DNA of 56,105 nt, filler included, from Sphacelaria rigidula (lineage: Eukaryota): NCBI GenBank assembly GCA_964200075.2. It is 6 parts of 6 records of this genome, joined end to end, with 100 filler letters (N's around TTAATTAATTAA, not from the genome) between each part and the next. Parts side by side here need not be neighbours in the genome. Positions count along the whole stretch, not along the records: positions 9,369 to 18,636 come from CAXNAA020008874.1; positions 18,737 to 28,004 come from CAXNAA020008875.1; 4 more parts are not named here. The stretch is one strand, 5' to 3'. The notes beneath the pieces are model-generated. The model ran no database searches and had not been told where the DNA came from. It saw nothing but the letters and a program-made list of their open reading frames with translations. This document shows, piece by piece, positions 10,226 to 21,942 of the stretch. The position numbers and the translations under genes are program-made. The number at the start of each line of letters is the position of its first letter. Position 1 is the first letter of the stretch.

Positions 10226-13211
10226 ACTTTCTTTGAACAAAAAAGAGGGGAGACAAAACCTCTGATGAAAAATTGGCCCAAAAGAAAAAGGGTGGGGTAT
10301 AGCCTGGTGGCTGTGTTCGGAGTGTACTGCTAAGGACCTCAGTGCACACACTCTTGGAATGAGTGGGGGAGACGAGTAACTCTAGGATACGGTGAAATGT
10401 TATGGATCGCGACATACATGGAGGAAGGGCAGTACAATGATGAGCCCATCTAATCTGATGGAAAAGTCCCGGAGGGCTGACTGCGGGAACTGCCAATGTG
10501 CCGCAGTCAGGGGGGAGGATGTTTGAGCCCGTACGAAGACGGTTACATAAATATGCCTCTTTACATCCGACTTGAACTCGGTTCTTTCAGAATCGGTGAA
10601 AGCCGGCCCCCTGGTTTTTACTCCTATGGAAGGGAACGAAGTGGCCCGAGACATGAGATTCAAAACCACCATGAAAGAGAAACTGAATCGCTTCTGGAGC
10701 TGTGATCACTGTACTGCGTTGGACGTATTTCCTCTTGCTATGCTTTTGAGGGTTGGTCGCTGAACACGGTGAGACAATACAGTACGGATCCCTGAACCAT
10801 ACTCGGTACGTCCGTATGCGATGAAGGTCGTCAGGAAAGGAAATTAAATTAATTCAGTGCACAAACAGATATGTACTTGAGGCATGTTCTGGCATACTCA
10901 GCATGGTATATTAGTCATCACGTATTTGCATGCGCATGAAATGACTCAACTGGATGCTTGCTCGAGACCACGAGACATATCGCCTGTCTGTAAGCCAGTT
11001 GCGACGCCTAATGTCGAGAACCCCAACGCTATACAGGTCTGTTTGTAACATGGTGCTTCCGACGTGGGACTATTGTGTCGAATGTTGTCATCCGTGACGT
11101 AATGGCCACTCCCTCGCGATTTTCCGAAATGCGCTTTTTCAACGAAGCATCATCCACCGTGATTTTTCGGTCTCCATATGCGAAAATTCGTTGTTCACCT
11201 CAAACGATAACCCCGAATGTGAAGACGATTTTTTTCTGTCTGTGAATGAGCCACGGAACGAACGTGTCCTCGGTCAATCCCGTATGTGCTTGAAGTCACT
11301 GCCTGCTGTGCTTATCCTACGCCACCGAACATGCGTGTCCACGGCGTTGGCACAGCGATTATTGCTAAACGACTGAGTTTGATGTTAGAGCTGCAGCCAT
11401 GATCGCCCTGCCTTATATGTGTATTTTACAGTATAACGGGTATTTGAAGTACAATTGCCCGCCGTGAGTAGCCACGTCCCAGGGTGGATATAAGATTTAA
11501 GCACGATAGGCTGCAACATGTTGCCATCGTCTCCGCACCGCGCTATGAAACGGCTCTAGGCTTACTGCACACAACGCGCAGGAATGGTGGTACACCGTCC
11601 TTTTGGACTGAGATAAGACACCTGGATGCTAGCTTTGTATACCACGCAGCGGGTACTGGGGGTACGCACCCCTCCTGTGCAAGTCAGCAGATCACGTTGA
11701 ACTTCGTCTCACAAACGCGCGAACACAAGTTAAAGATTTTTGTGCACTTATGACCCATATCTTTCGGTTGTTGAGTTCCTCTAACGTTTGAAATGATGTT
11801 TCCACGCGAAGACAAGACACCCGTTCTACTCTACTATGCTACAGTTGTCAATAGTAGCTATGATTGTGATGCGAGTTGGCTCATGTAATCTCTGCAGACC
11901 GTGTCTTCACGGGGAAACTCAACAAAAGGACGCCGTGCCTACGGTGACACACGTCGTTTACAGTCAACATGAAATATCAGCATAGTCTACACATTTTATT
12001 GCATAACTGCGGGTCATTGAACCGGCCGCGCTGAGTATATCGCTGACTTCATGCATGATGTGTCGATGAATCTGACGATATGGTGATATGGTCAGTCAAC
12101 CTTACTTTTTGTCATGACAAGCTACAACCAAGGGAAGGAAACATAACGCAGAGTTCAAGCTGATGACATCGTGCTACCCGCTCGGATTGATTTCACGGCT
12201 TACTGGATACCGTGTGGATAACACTTGATTTGGAGCTTGCTGTGCCCTGTCAAAATCGGAGATACCCTACACCATGCTGCAAAAATCGAACTTTTCATGT
12301 ACTGTACTGTACTGGCTGTTGCTGTTGGATTGACGTGAAAGCGGGCCATCTGCTCTGTGTGCGTTACGTCACTAAACATGAGTTTTGCTCAACGCTTGCA
12401 CAGTGCACGACCCAGGCTGATACCCCATCTTCCTATGACCTGATGCGGCGCACTGTTGTCATTTGAATGCTACTCGTTATCCCTCACCATTATCCTAGAT
12501 CAATCGTGCCTTACCGTTCGACGCTATATTACCTCATGTCGCTAAAAACCGACCCACTTGGACCAAATTTTCGGTCACCATGCGTTGAGTACGCCCTATA
12601 CACATTGCCATATTAATGCGGGGGCTTTTAGATGTGATAGGTGATCTCCCTTATTATGCCTTGAAACACAAGCTTGCTTTCACGGAGTGGAATACATCGG
12701 AACGGTTTTTAATGTGACAACAACAACAAGTACACGGGATCGAAATGTGAAACTCGCACACAGCAATGAAAACGTTGAGGTGATGACCCCTGACACCCAG
12801 GGACGTGAGTGAAACAAACAATTCTGCTCTATACACCGCGCAGAGGGGGGACTGTAAGCCACCCTATCGTTGTGAGTATTAACCATTTGACCACGAGGGT
12901 AGGTCACCTGCTGAATTGGCATCAGTATCCAATCGGGAAAAGTATGCATAACGCAGATGGACTACCCGCACCATCGTCTAGGGTTCAAGCTGCTGTACTG
13001 TGTTGCTCTGTCTGTACTGCTGCTTGCAACCGCCGTGCCTGTTGTGCACACACAATTGTATTGCTGCATTCACGTCTTGACTGAGTGGTGACCTGGGTAT
13101 GAATGTGCAAACAAGCGCTCCTCCAACGTATTGTTTTGCACCGACAACTCTCCTGCTTCATTATTCGCTCTGCACACGTGTTCGGGCCAATTGTTCCGCA
13201 CTTGAAAAACA

Positions 13212-13297
13212 AAATAATAATAATAATAAGAAGAAGGAGAAGAAGAAGAAGAAGAAGAAGAAGAAGAAGAAGAAGAAGAAGAATAATAATAATAATG

Positions 13298-13376
<79 letters not shown>
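13212..13376 (+). repeat. Compound microsatellite (AAT)n-(AAG)n-(AAT/GAT)n
   Basis: Read directly from the sequence. It explains the spurious poly-I, K, R, N and Y ORFs here. Confidence 0.97.
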
Positions 13377-13715
13377 CCGCGTGGGTGACTGATGAGAAAG
13401 TGATAAGTCCCAGCATGACTTGCGGGAAGTGTTGTAGGCGACCCTTCAGATTTCATATTGCCATCGGCTGGATATTTTATGGATTTATTCAACGCACAAC
13501 GAAATAATGAGCGTATTGCGCCACAGTCTGCGCTGTTTTTGATAAAGTAGCCCTGGACTTATTCGCAATGCATAATGCTATAGCCACATGCTCGGGGTGC
13601 GCCGCTTGGCGGGCTAACGTTAAACTTGTTCACAACTGACGCTGCTGTTTTATAAGCTATAATTTTGCAGTTTGATACAGCTGACATGGAACCACGCTAT
13701 GCTGCTCTACACATA

Positions 13716-14008
13716 CACGGGTGGCCACTGGGGTCTGTAACCTGGCCATTTTGGGACCTTATCCACCTTTGATAAGGTCCGCGGATTGGGTAGACAACTG
13801 AGGAGCATTTGCACAGCAGGGACAGGATCGAAACAAAACATGTCCTAGTCTATAGGCGGGTGACTCCCCTGTAGACTGGAACATGTTTTGTTTCGAACAT
13901 GCCCAAGCTGTGCGAATGCTCTTCAGTTGTCCACCTAATCCGCGGACCTTACCAAATGTGGATAAGGTCCCAAAAAGGCCAGATCACAGACCCCAGTGGC
14001 CACCCGTG
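13716..14008. mobile_element. Fold-back MITE, Tc1/mariner (Stowaway)-type, TA target duplication
   Basis: TA|CACGGGTGGCCACTGGGGTCTGT...ACAGACCCCAGTGGCCACCCGTG|TA. The ~144-bp arms pair along their whole length (roughly 85-90% by hand alignment) around a few-nt loop near 13862. Confidence 0.9.
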
Positions 14009-15244
14009 TACTCAAACTCGACAAGACCCGCTGGATTAAAAATCGCTTGCGCCTCCGCACATTGAGTTGCGAATAACACCCTTTGATTTCACCACATGCT
14101 ACCGTTTAATTTTTTTGTGATGCTGTTTCAGTATGGCCGTACAAAATGACTGTGCTGATAGTATATGGCCTGCACTATCTCCCCCATAATACACACAACC
14201 GTGTACTCAGCGAACAGTTCATGAATAATGTGCTTTTACTGTCTGCGTGGGCTAACCGTAGCGAATCACCATCGTACATCGAATGTCAGACTATGCCCGC
14301 GGAAGATGCCCAGATCACCTCTGCCATGTACCGTTAATTCGAGTAAATATACTGTAAGGACACGTGTATGACAGTAGTGATCGTGCTACATGAGTCAAAA
14401 TTTTGACCGCAGTATTGAACCAGTAGACGTAGGTAAATGAACTGCTCTCGCATGTGAAAGAGATGAAGGGAATCCCGAGACGTCATCTGCAAAAGTTAAT
14501 GATGGATAGAGCATGTTTTTAGGAACGAAGGCCACCTAATAACCGCATCTCATACATGACCGTGTATGCAACTGATAGGGAATGACATTGTTACGGCGCC
14601 GTCCGCTAATGCGTAAAAACTGTCTGTGTAACCGTAATGTCATACTGTCCGCATACATGCTACCAGGCACAGTACTATGTAAGCTGATTAGCCGTGAACA
14701 GAAATTGCGAGGCTTGAATGAACGAAACATGAGGTATTTACCCTACCCCCTGGTCAGGGGGGGCAAATCATTAATGCTCGAAATGCTATATTGTCATGGA
14801 AAATGAATGTAACCTCTAGTCTACGTGGCTCGCCTTGTTTGATCTTTTGCACCCTTGGTAGATATCTTCAAAGAGAATTGCGAGCCATGCATGCGTAAAA
14901 CAAATGGAGAGTTATGTGAAGTTGTTTAGATTCTAAGAGATCACATCCAACCATGTACTTCTAGCTTATCATTCGACTGTGAATATGTGATATTTGTTTC
15001 CAGGTGCACTGCTGAACATACCATTATTTGATTAATATTACCCGCAGCGGTGGATCACAGGACTACATGAAGTCTGCTACAGTTGCTCGTCAACGATTAT
15101 TGTTGGTGCCCGCCTGCCAATTTCTGTGTAGCTACTCATGAGTGTGATAATCAACCCAGATCCACAACTATTGAGCGGCTATGAGTGAAGCTGCATGCTA
15201 ATGTGTTTGCATAAGGCCACCAGGCGGATGCTCCGTCAGTTCCC

Positions 15245-15397
15245 GTTGACCATCTATACTCGTGCACGCTCCGACAATCAATTCGAAGATTGCCGTTTAC
15301 TTGTGCACGCTCTGGCAATCCATTCGAAGATGACCGTCTACATGCGCGTGCTCCTACGATCAATTCGAAGATGACCGACTACCTGTGCGCGCTATGA
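15245..15397 (+). repeat. Degenerate ~41-bp tandem repeat, 3 to 4 copies (CAATTCGAAGATGACCG...)
   Basis: ATTCGAAGAT-GCCG/GACCG recurs at ~15281, ~15322 and ~15363. Confidence 0.7.
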
Positions 15398-15724
15398 CCT
15401 TCCCGGGGGCAAGGCTACATTCTTCTGGTCTTGAGAGTCCAGGGGTTCCACACACCACACATTCCTTTGCCGAGATTTATGCCGGAAATAATCTGATACA
15501 AATGTTCTTGGCTTGTAATGAACGGCTCGTGTGTTTACCGCGGAGACTATGCAAGTTGCTAACATACAAGCCGGACATCGAATGGATGAACGAGAAAGTT
15601 GTATGAACCATATATATATATATATATATATATGCTCGCACCATACATCGAACAAGCAGGATTTGATTTGCATACAGGAAAATGGGCGAGGACGAAGGCT
15701 CAAGATGTCAAGACCATGTGTTTT

Positions 15725-16160
15725 CGAACAGGTTGACAGGGGGCCAGGAGTTTCCCTTGTGCGTGCGAACAGGTTGACAGAGACCCAGGATTTCCCATGC
15801 TGTCCGAACAGGTTGACAGGGAGCCAGGATTTCCCATATGTTTTCGAACAGGTTGAAAGGGGGTCAGGAGTTTCCCTTGCGCGTGCGAACGGGTTGATAG
15901 GCATCCAGGAATTCCCATGCTGTCCGAACAGGTTGACAGAGGGCCAGGAGTTTCCCACGTTGGCCCGAACAGGTTGACAGGCATCCAGGAATTCCCATGC
16001 TGTCCGAACAGGTTGACAGGGGGCCAGGAATTCCCATGTGTGCCCGAACAGGTTGATAGGCATCCAGGATTTTCCCATGCTGTACAAACAGGTTGACAAA
16101 GGGCCAGGATTTTCCCATGTGTGCCCGAACAGGTTGACATGGAGTCAGAATTCCCTTGGG
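15725..16160 (+). repeat. Minisatellite, 11 copies of 39-41 bp (CGAACAGGTTGACAG....CCAGGA.TTCCC...)
   Basis: Units start at 15725, 15766, 15805, 15845, 15886, 15925, 15966, 16005, 16045, 16085 and 16126. Confidence 0.95.
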
Positions 16161-17099
16161 AGTCCATGAACTTATACCTGGCTGTCCCCGACACGTAATA
16201 CCCTGGCCAAATGCACACGCGTGAACATGTTTTGTCCGATTATATTGCTGTTCCCTTCGTTCTCCTTCCCCTTTATTTGTTTTGTTCGCTATCATTACAC
16301 TGGTGAAGCGCTGCTATTCATGCTACTGGTTCCATCGTTTCTCACGCCGTTGATGACTGAGAATGATTCTTCCAGACACCGCCCTCGTGACTCTCGAATC
16401 ATGGAGATTGTAATACACTGCAATGAATCATCCATAATTAGTTCAATCGTTGTTTTTACATCTATGTGGCACGTGCGTGCAGGTTTAACGTGTCGATTAT
16501 CACATAGTTAACCCCAAATCGGTGAAAAATGAGTTGAACCCCTTGAGCGTTCGAGCCCAGCCCTTCTACCCGGCGGGATCCGTCCAACAGCCTCCCGTGC
16601 AAGCACCTTCCCATGCAGCAGCAGGTTGACGCACCCTCCCACGCGGCAGAAGGTTACCGCACCTCCTCAACAGCATCAATCGTTTGTGCGTCCGCCACTG
16701 CAGCAGGTTTTTGCGCCACGACGATAACAGCAGTGTTTTTGCGCCTTTGAAATAAAACACCGCTGAAGCGCCGCAAATGAATTTGCTTAGTGCTCCTCAC
16801 CAACGGTTTGCACAACCGATCTTTCCTCCATTTTTCTTCAGCGGATATAACTGGGTCTCCGTTGACATTGTTCATCCTAAGCCAGGCGCAACCAGCAGGG
16901 CACATGTTCCATGCCAGCTGCTGCCGCCGCTGCCGCCGCCTCTGTAGCATCGATCTAGGGACTAGGTTCCACCTAACCCGATGGATACGCATGCAAATAT
17001 TTCACCCGTCCGGGGCTACCCCTCCTTCGAACGCCATTTTAGCCGAAGCGAGTAGGAACGATGCGCAGCAGCTGTGGGTACAAGCTGAAGTTTGGCACC

Positions 17100-18000
17100 A
17101 CAGCAAGAGTAGCCACCGCTCACCAGTAACGGTGTTACTGGGCACCGGGCCAGAGGGGGGGGAGCTGTGGATCGAAACAGTGGCGGAGGTTGTTGATAAC
17201 GTGGGGTAATATAGCAAATAAGTTGCAACGGCAGGGAGCAGGAACTTTGAGGTCCGCTAACTCTAGTAACAGTAAGATACCTCAGATGAAAATTCTAGGG
17301 TCAGCGGTAATTCCTATTCTGTTTCGCACAAAGGATGAGTTAATAAAGGCATGGGTCCGGGTAGTCCATGGATTACCATATGGATTTATTCCGGCAGCGA
17401 GTTCTTCAGGAAAAACAAGAGCACGTTATCTTTCGAAGGGCGATCGAGATTTTGGCTTTCGCCGGAGACGCCGTGAGTGCGGTTCGTGTCTAGCAGTCCC
17501 CCAATACTCGGAGCTGTTGACACCGACCACCTCACCAGCCAAGGAGATTCGGCAACTTTGAACGTCTTCCGTGCTGTCAAGCCAAGCGCCCTTGGTGACG
17601 ACTCGACAGGAAGGTTGTCTGGTCGGAGCGAACTGGCAGCATCGAATGAGGTGTGGAAAAGCCTTGGAGTGACGTGGGAGGACGATACTACGCTGCAGTG
17701 GCTACTGTTTCTAACGGAGGGCGTAAGCACAGAACGTTTCGCTAGCAAGCTAGTCCCGGGCTACGTGCGATCGACGCTAGCATGGGCAGCCGCCTGCGTC
17801 ACGGTTCGAAAGAAAGACGGACGGTAGTCTGCGACTATGTCAAGATTATCGTGGACTGAACCAATTTCTGGAGTCATACAGTGGCAGTTTGAGGGATATG
17901 CAAACCATGTATGGTGGGCTAGTAGAATCCAAGTACTCTAGCAGTGTTGAGATAGCAAATGGGTTTTTCCAGTTGGAGGTGGAGGAAATATTTTGGCAGC
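17100..18000 (+). mobile_element. Degenerate Ty3/Gypsy pol remnant (protease region and RT N-terminus)
   Basis: YVRSTLAWAAACVTVRKKDG (~17762-17821), followed in a shifted frame by CQDYRGLN (~17838) and NGFFQLEV (~17958). These match Gypsy RT motifs. Many stop codons. Confidence 0.75.
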
Positions 18001-21000
18001 CAAAGAGTTCGTAGAAGTGATACACAGATGCGGACTGGAAGGCGTTGGATTGTGTCGGAGTAAATCAGATTGGAAAGGGAGTCAGGCTGGTACAGACGAG
18101 TCCAGGGCGCGGTTCTTTCCACAACCTTGCGGAAGAAGTGCAACCACAAGAGTTGGTAGGGGGTACAAGTCGGGTTGCACCAATCGAATGGGCTGAGCCG
18201 GAGTCAGCATCAGCCAGCGTCTTCAAAACGTTGGTCGAGTCATTCCTCCCATCAACCTCTGTGACAACGCTAATCTCGGAGAGTACTGCTGTGATGGTGC
18301 GCTCTCCTGGTGAGAACGAGCTCGTTGCTCCGTGTTGAGCCCTGGGGGTCTCACTGAGCAGGCCTCAGTCTCAGCCGTGCAGGTGGGCGCACCGTATCGG
18401 TAGAGACGGACCTATGTGGTCACCTTGAAAGCTGATCGTCGGAGGGAAGGATAACTGCGAGCGGGGAAGCAACGAGTGGAAGCGTACACCGTTGCCTGCC
18501 CCGCGTTGGGTTAGCGATTAGGGCGGACAGATTTATTTTACTGGTGCCAACAGGACAGAAGAGAGGATTCTATAAAATGAGGTTCATCAATGAAATGAGG
18601 TTCGAGCCCAAAACAGTACTTTCTCCACACTTTCAGNNNNNNNNNNNNNNNNNNNNNNNNNNNNNNNNNNNNNNNNNNNNTTAATTAATTAANNNNNNNN
18701 NNNNNNNNNNNNNNNNNNNNNNNNNNNNNNNNNNNNCCCTTATCGTAGGATGACTCACGAGGGCCACATACTTCACCGACAGGTCAGACTTCTCTGGTAT
18801 ATAGGCTCTAGAGTAGTAGCTCCCATGATTCCCGTAGGCGAGCAATCCTGCCCATCATTTATTTTGTGTGCACAATCTACTTCCTCGTGCTCAGCACGTA
18901 CCGAGCATTTACATATCTTCTACTCAATATAAGTACACATCCAAAAGTTGACAGGTCATATCCACTTGCGAAGTGATGAAGAGGCAGTGGAATGCAGCGC
19001 GGAAAGAAACACAGACAACTGGCCGCAGGTGTTGTCCCAGTGCAGTACGGAGCAAGGATATAGTTGACAAAAATCTTGGATAAAAATGGCGTGAGGTACT
19101 TCCTCGCTAGCAAACGATAAACTTCATCACCCTTACTACAATTTATGGAAACTGATCTGAATCTCTGCGCTGTAGCCCTTGCTGCAAACCTCGTTGGTCA
19201 CCAGTGAAGAGATAACTCAGTTGAAATTGAAGTAGATGGCCACTGCAATAATTGCTCTCTTTGGTGCCCATGTGCACACAATCGCCGGGGTTTTGACATA
19301 CTCCCCCGGCCTCGAGAAAATTTGGGGCTTGTGCCAGGCATCCAGTAGTAGTGTAATCAGATGATGACATCGTACTCGTCATATAATGTTTGCACGTAAC
19401 CGTTGGTTGTATGTTGCTCTGAAGTATAACCTGGACATCAAAATCTTCCCCTGGCGTGAGCACGATGTGACATCAGTGTAGGGTTGACGACTACTGTGTC
19501 ACATGCAGCAGCAATAAGTCGCATTGTAACTCACATGGTCATGATCCGATCCGTGATGCCAAATTGCAAGGCGTGTACCGGGGGAGAGATGTGCTGACAC
19601 TTGAGACCACGGACTCATCGCGCAAGGATGGGAGGGGCTGGGAGTGTACAAAGAACTATTCTACATCCATACGAGCTCATAACCTGTTGGCGAATGTGGC
19701 AGTACGACTTGAAGTGACTACAGAGGCTGGCGTTGGTCACGATAACGGTTAAGCTAACCGTGTGGGCACGCAGATGCGCACGAGATTAAGACAATTACTG
19801 ATGCATACGGGGCGCTCGCGACCAAGAGTATCTCTGAAACAATGCACTTTGTTGGAAGTACGGGCGCTAGAGAAGGGTGAGAAACGAGGGGGCTTCGCGA
19901 TGTGCTCGTTAGTCCTGTCGTGCTCGTCTTCTCGATACATCCTCTCGTACGGTTTTGTATTTCTAGATTCATTAGATCCTGAGTCCATCCCCTGATATAC
20001 CTCTACCTTGCAACAGAAGACCCTAAGGAATGACAACTTCCAGCTCCAACAATAGCTGATTCTCTACATCAGACCAAGCAGAAGATGCAATCCTGAGCTA
20101 CGCTCCTGAGCATTACACACTCAATGTGCTACGAAGCGCCTGGAACAAGCATCGACTAGAATAGGCTTGACAGCCGTATTACCTGACCGTACCCCCATAC
20201 GCTTCCACCCACACTGTCTCTCTCAATCACATTCTACTACACACAGAAACACACACATGTGTTGCATCTATATTAACAAAAGTACACCTGCCAACCCTCA
20301 AACGTCCTCCCCTATACATCCATACAAACCAGAAAAAATACACGTCCACCCGTGTTCCGGACACTATCTTGATTCTTGAGGGATATCAAGACACCATTAT
20401 TCCACAAGGGATAATCACTCAACCGGAATTGATTCTCATGTTTTCTCATACCCTGCCGTTTTGTATATTCTACTAAACTTATCATGGTGGTTGTTTTTTC
20501 AACATTTACTTCCGAATCCTTCCAACGGCCTCTTTCATCAATTGGTTTTGCACCCATTTAGTACCATTTGATGTCAAGACGTTTGGCTGCTGCCGTAACA
20601 ACGCCTGTGCAGCTAGTGCTCCTTCCCACAAATATACATGGCTTCGAGCCATGCACTCCGTGCTTACATTTCCAAAAAGAAGTATTCTAAAAATGTTGGA
20701 TTTTTCGGTTTCGTGCAAGGTGTGTCATGGAATCACCTTTACCATAAACGGTCACGTCGCTCCTATCATTACACTCAGTCTGTTCCCCCACTAATTGACT
20801 AGTATAGTTGACTTTCTCGTGTATGAAAATATAAGATTAGTACCGTTTTGTTCAAGTACGTATTCGAGCATTTTGTTCAAGAGGTATCATGGAGGGCGTT
20901 ATGGTCTGACACCCCACGACCAAACGCGATCGGCAACGAAACAATTGTCCTCCTGCTGGTTATAAGCTGGTCGCGCCCCGTACCACTCCATATCCTGCAA

Positions 21001-21942
21001 CTGCTCGCCAGGACAGACGCGCACGACACATTCACCAATCGGGACGTTATCCAAGGAGCGAACAACCGGCGTGTATCGTCATGTTATGTGAGAGAGTGTT
21101 GTATGCGATATCGTCGAAGCGCACACAACGTTTGTGTCGCCGAGTATCAATGTGGGCCGTCGGTACAGTCCGGAGAGCGAGAAAATGAACCACTTGGTCT
21201 AATAGCTCACCGAGGATACAACGGAGTCACTACTGAAATTGATTGTGCTGAGCTTTGAAACTTCAGTCCGACGTGAACTTTTGGAGGACAGGTGAAGAAG
21301 ACACAAGCTCTCACGACGATGCTTGGGTTACCTCATTATGTATATTCGATATGGAACACTTGGAGCGCTTCGCGTCGCAACAAGAGGCATGATTATCAAC
21401 TCAGACGTCAGGATGTGCTCACCACCATATGAGAGGAGCCCATGTTCGATGCGATCGAGCTCCTGTCCGGCTCCATACCATCGAACAGCAGCTGTTCTTC
21501 TGTTATTCGCTCTTGCTCTACCTTCGACAGGTGCGCCTTGCTCACCTGCACGGGAATCAACAAGCTCGGGAGTGAGAGTCCCAAAGACGTGGTGGACTAG
21601 CAGTACACTTGGATACTCCGCAAGACAAAACGCAGAGTTTTCGCCCTGTGTTCACTGACGAGCTGTGGTTCGACTCGCGAAAAATAGGTCTCGACGCATG
21701 CGACACAACGCAGGGCAGCTCTGTGGCTATTCGAAATGCCCTTAAAAAAACGGAAAAGCTATTTGATATTCGACAACTATTCGAAGAGACCTGTTCGAAA
21801 AAAGCCCAGCGCGTCTCCACTCCGACAAATACGTGACAGCTTACAGCACGAGGATCACCAGAAGCAGAAAAAATGCAACGACCTCCAATAGCACTACTAC
21901 AACGTTGTTGACTGTTATAGGCCACCGTCTCCATGTATCCAC

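Noticed and set aside
12985..13507. Poly-I, L, K, R and N ORFs
   Set aside because: These are translations of a trinucleotide microsatellite.
15725..16160. CRISPR-like array (conserved CGAACAGGTTGA at ~40-bp spacing)
   Set aside because: The intervening sequences are homologous variants of each other rather than unique spacers. There are no cas genes and the context is eukaryotic.
19564..20015. Possible solo LTR (TTGCAAGG...CCTTGCAACA)
   Set aside because: The left end lacks TG, there is no TSD, and there is no second copy in the window.
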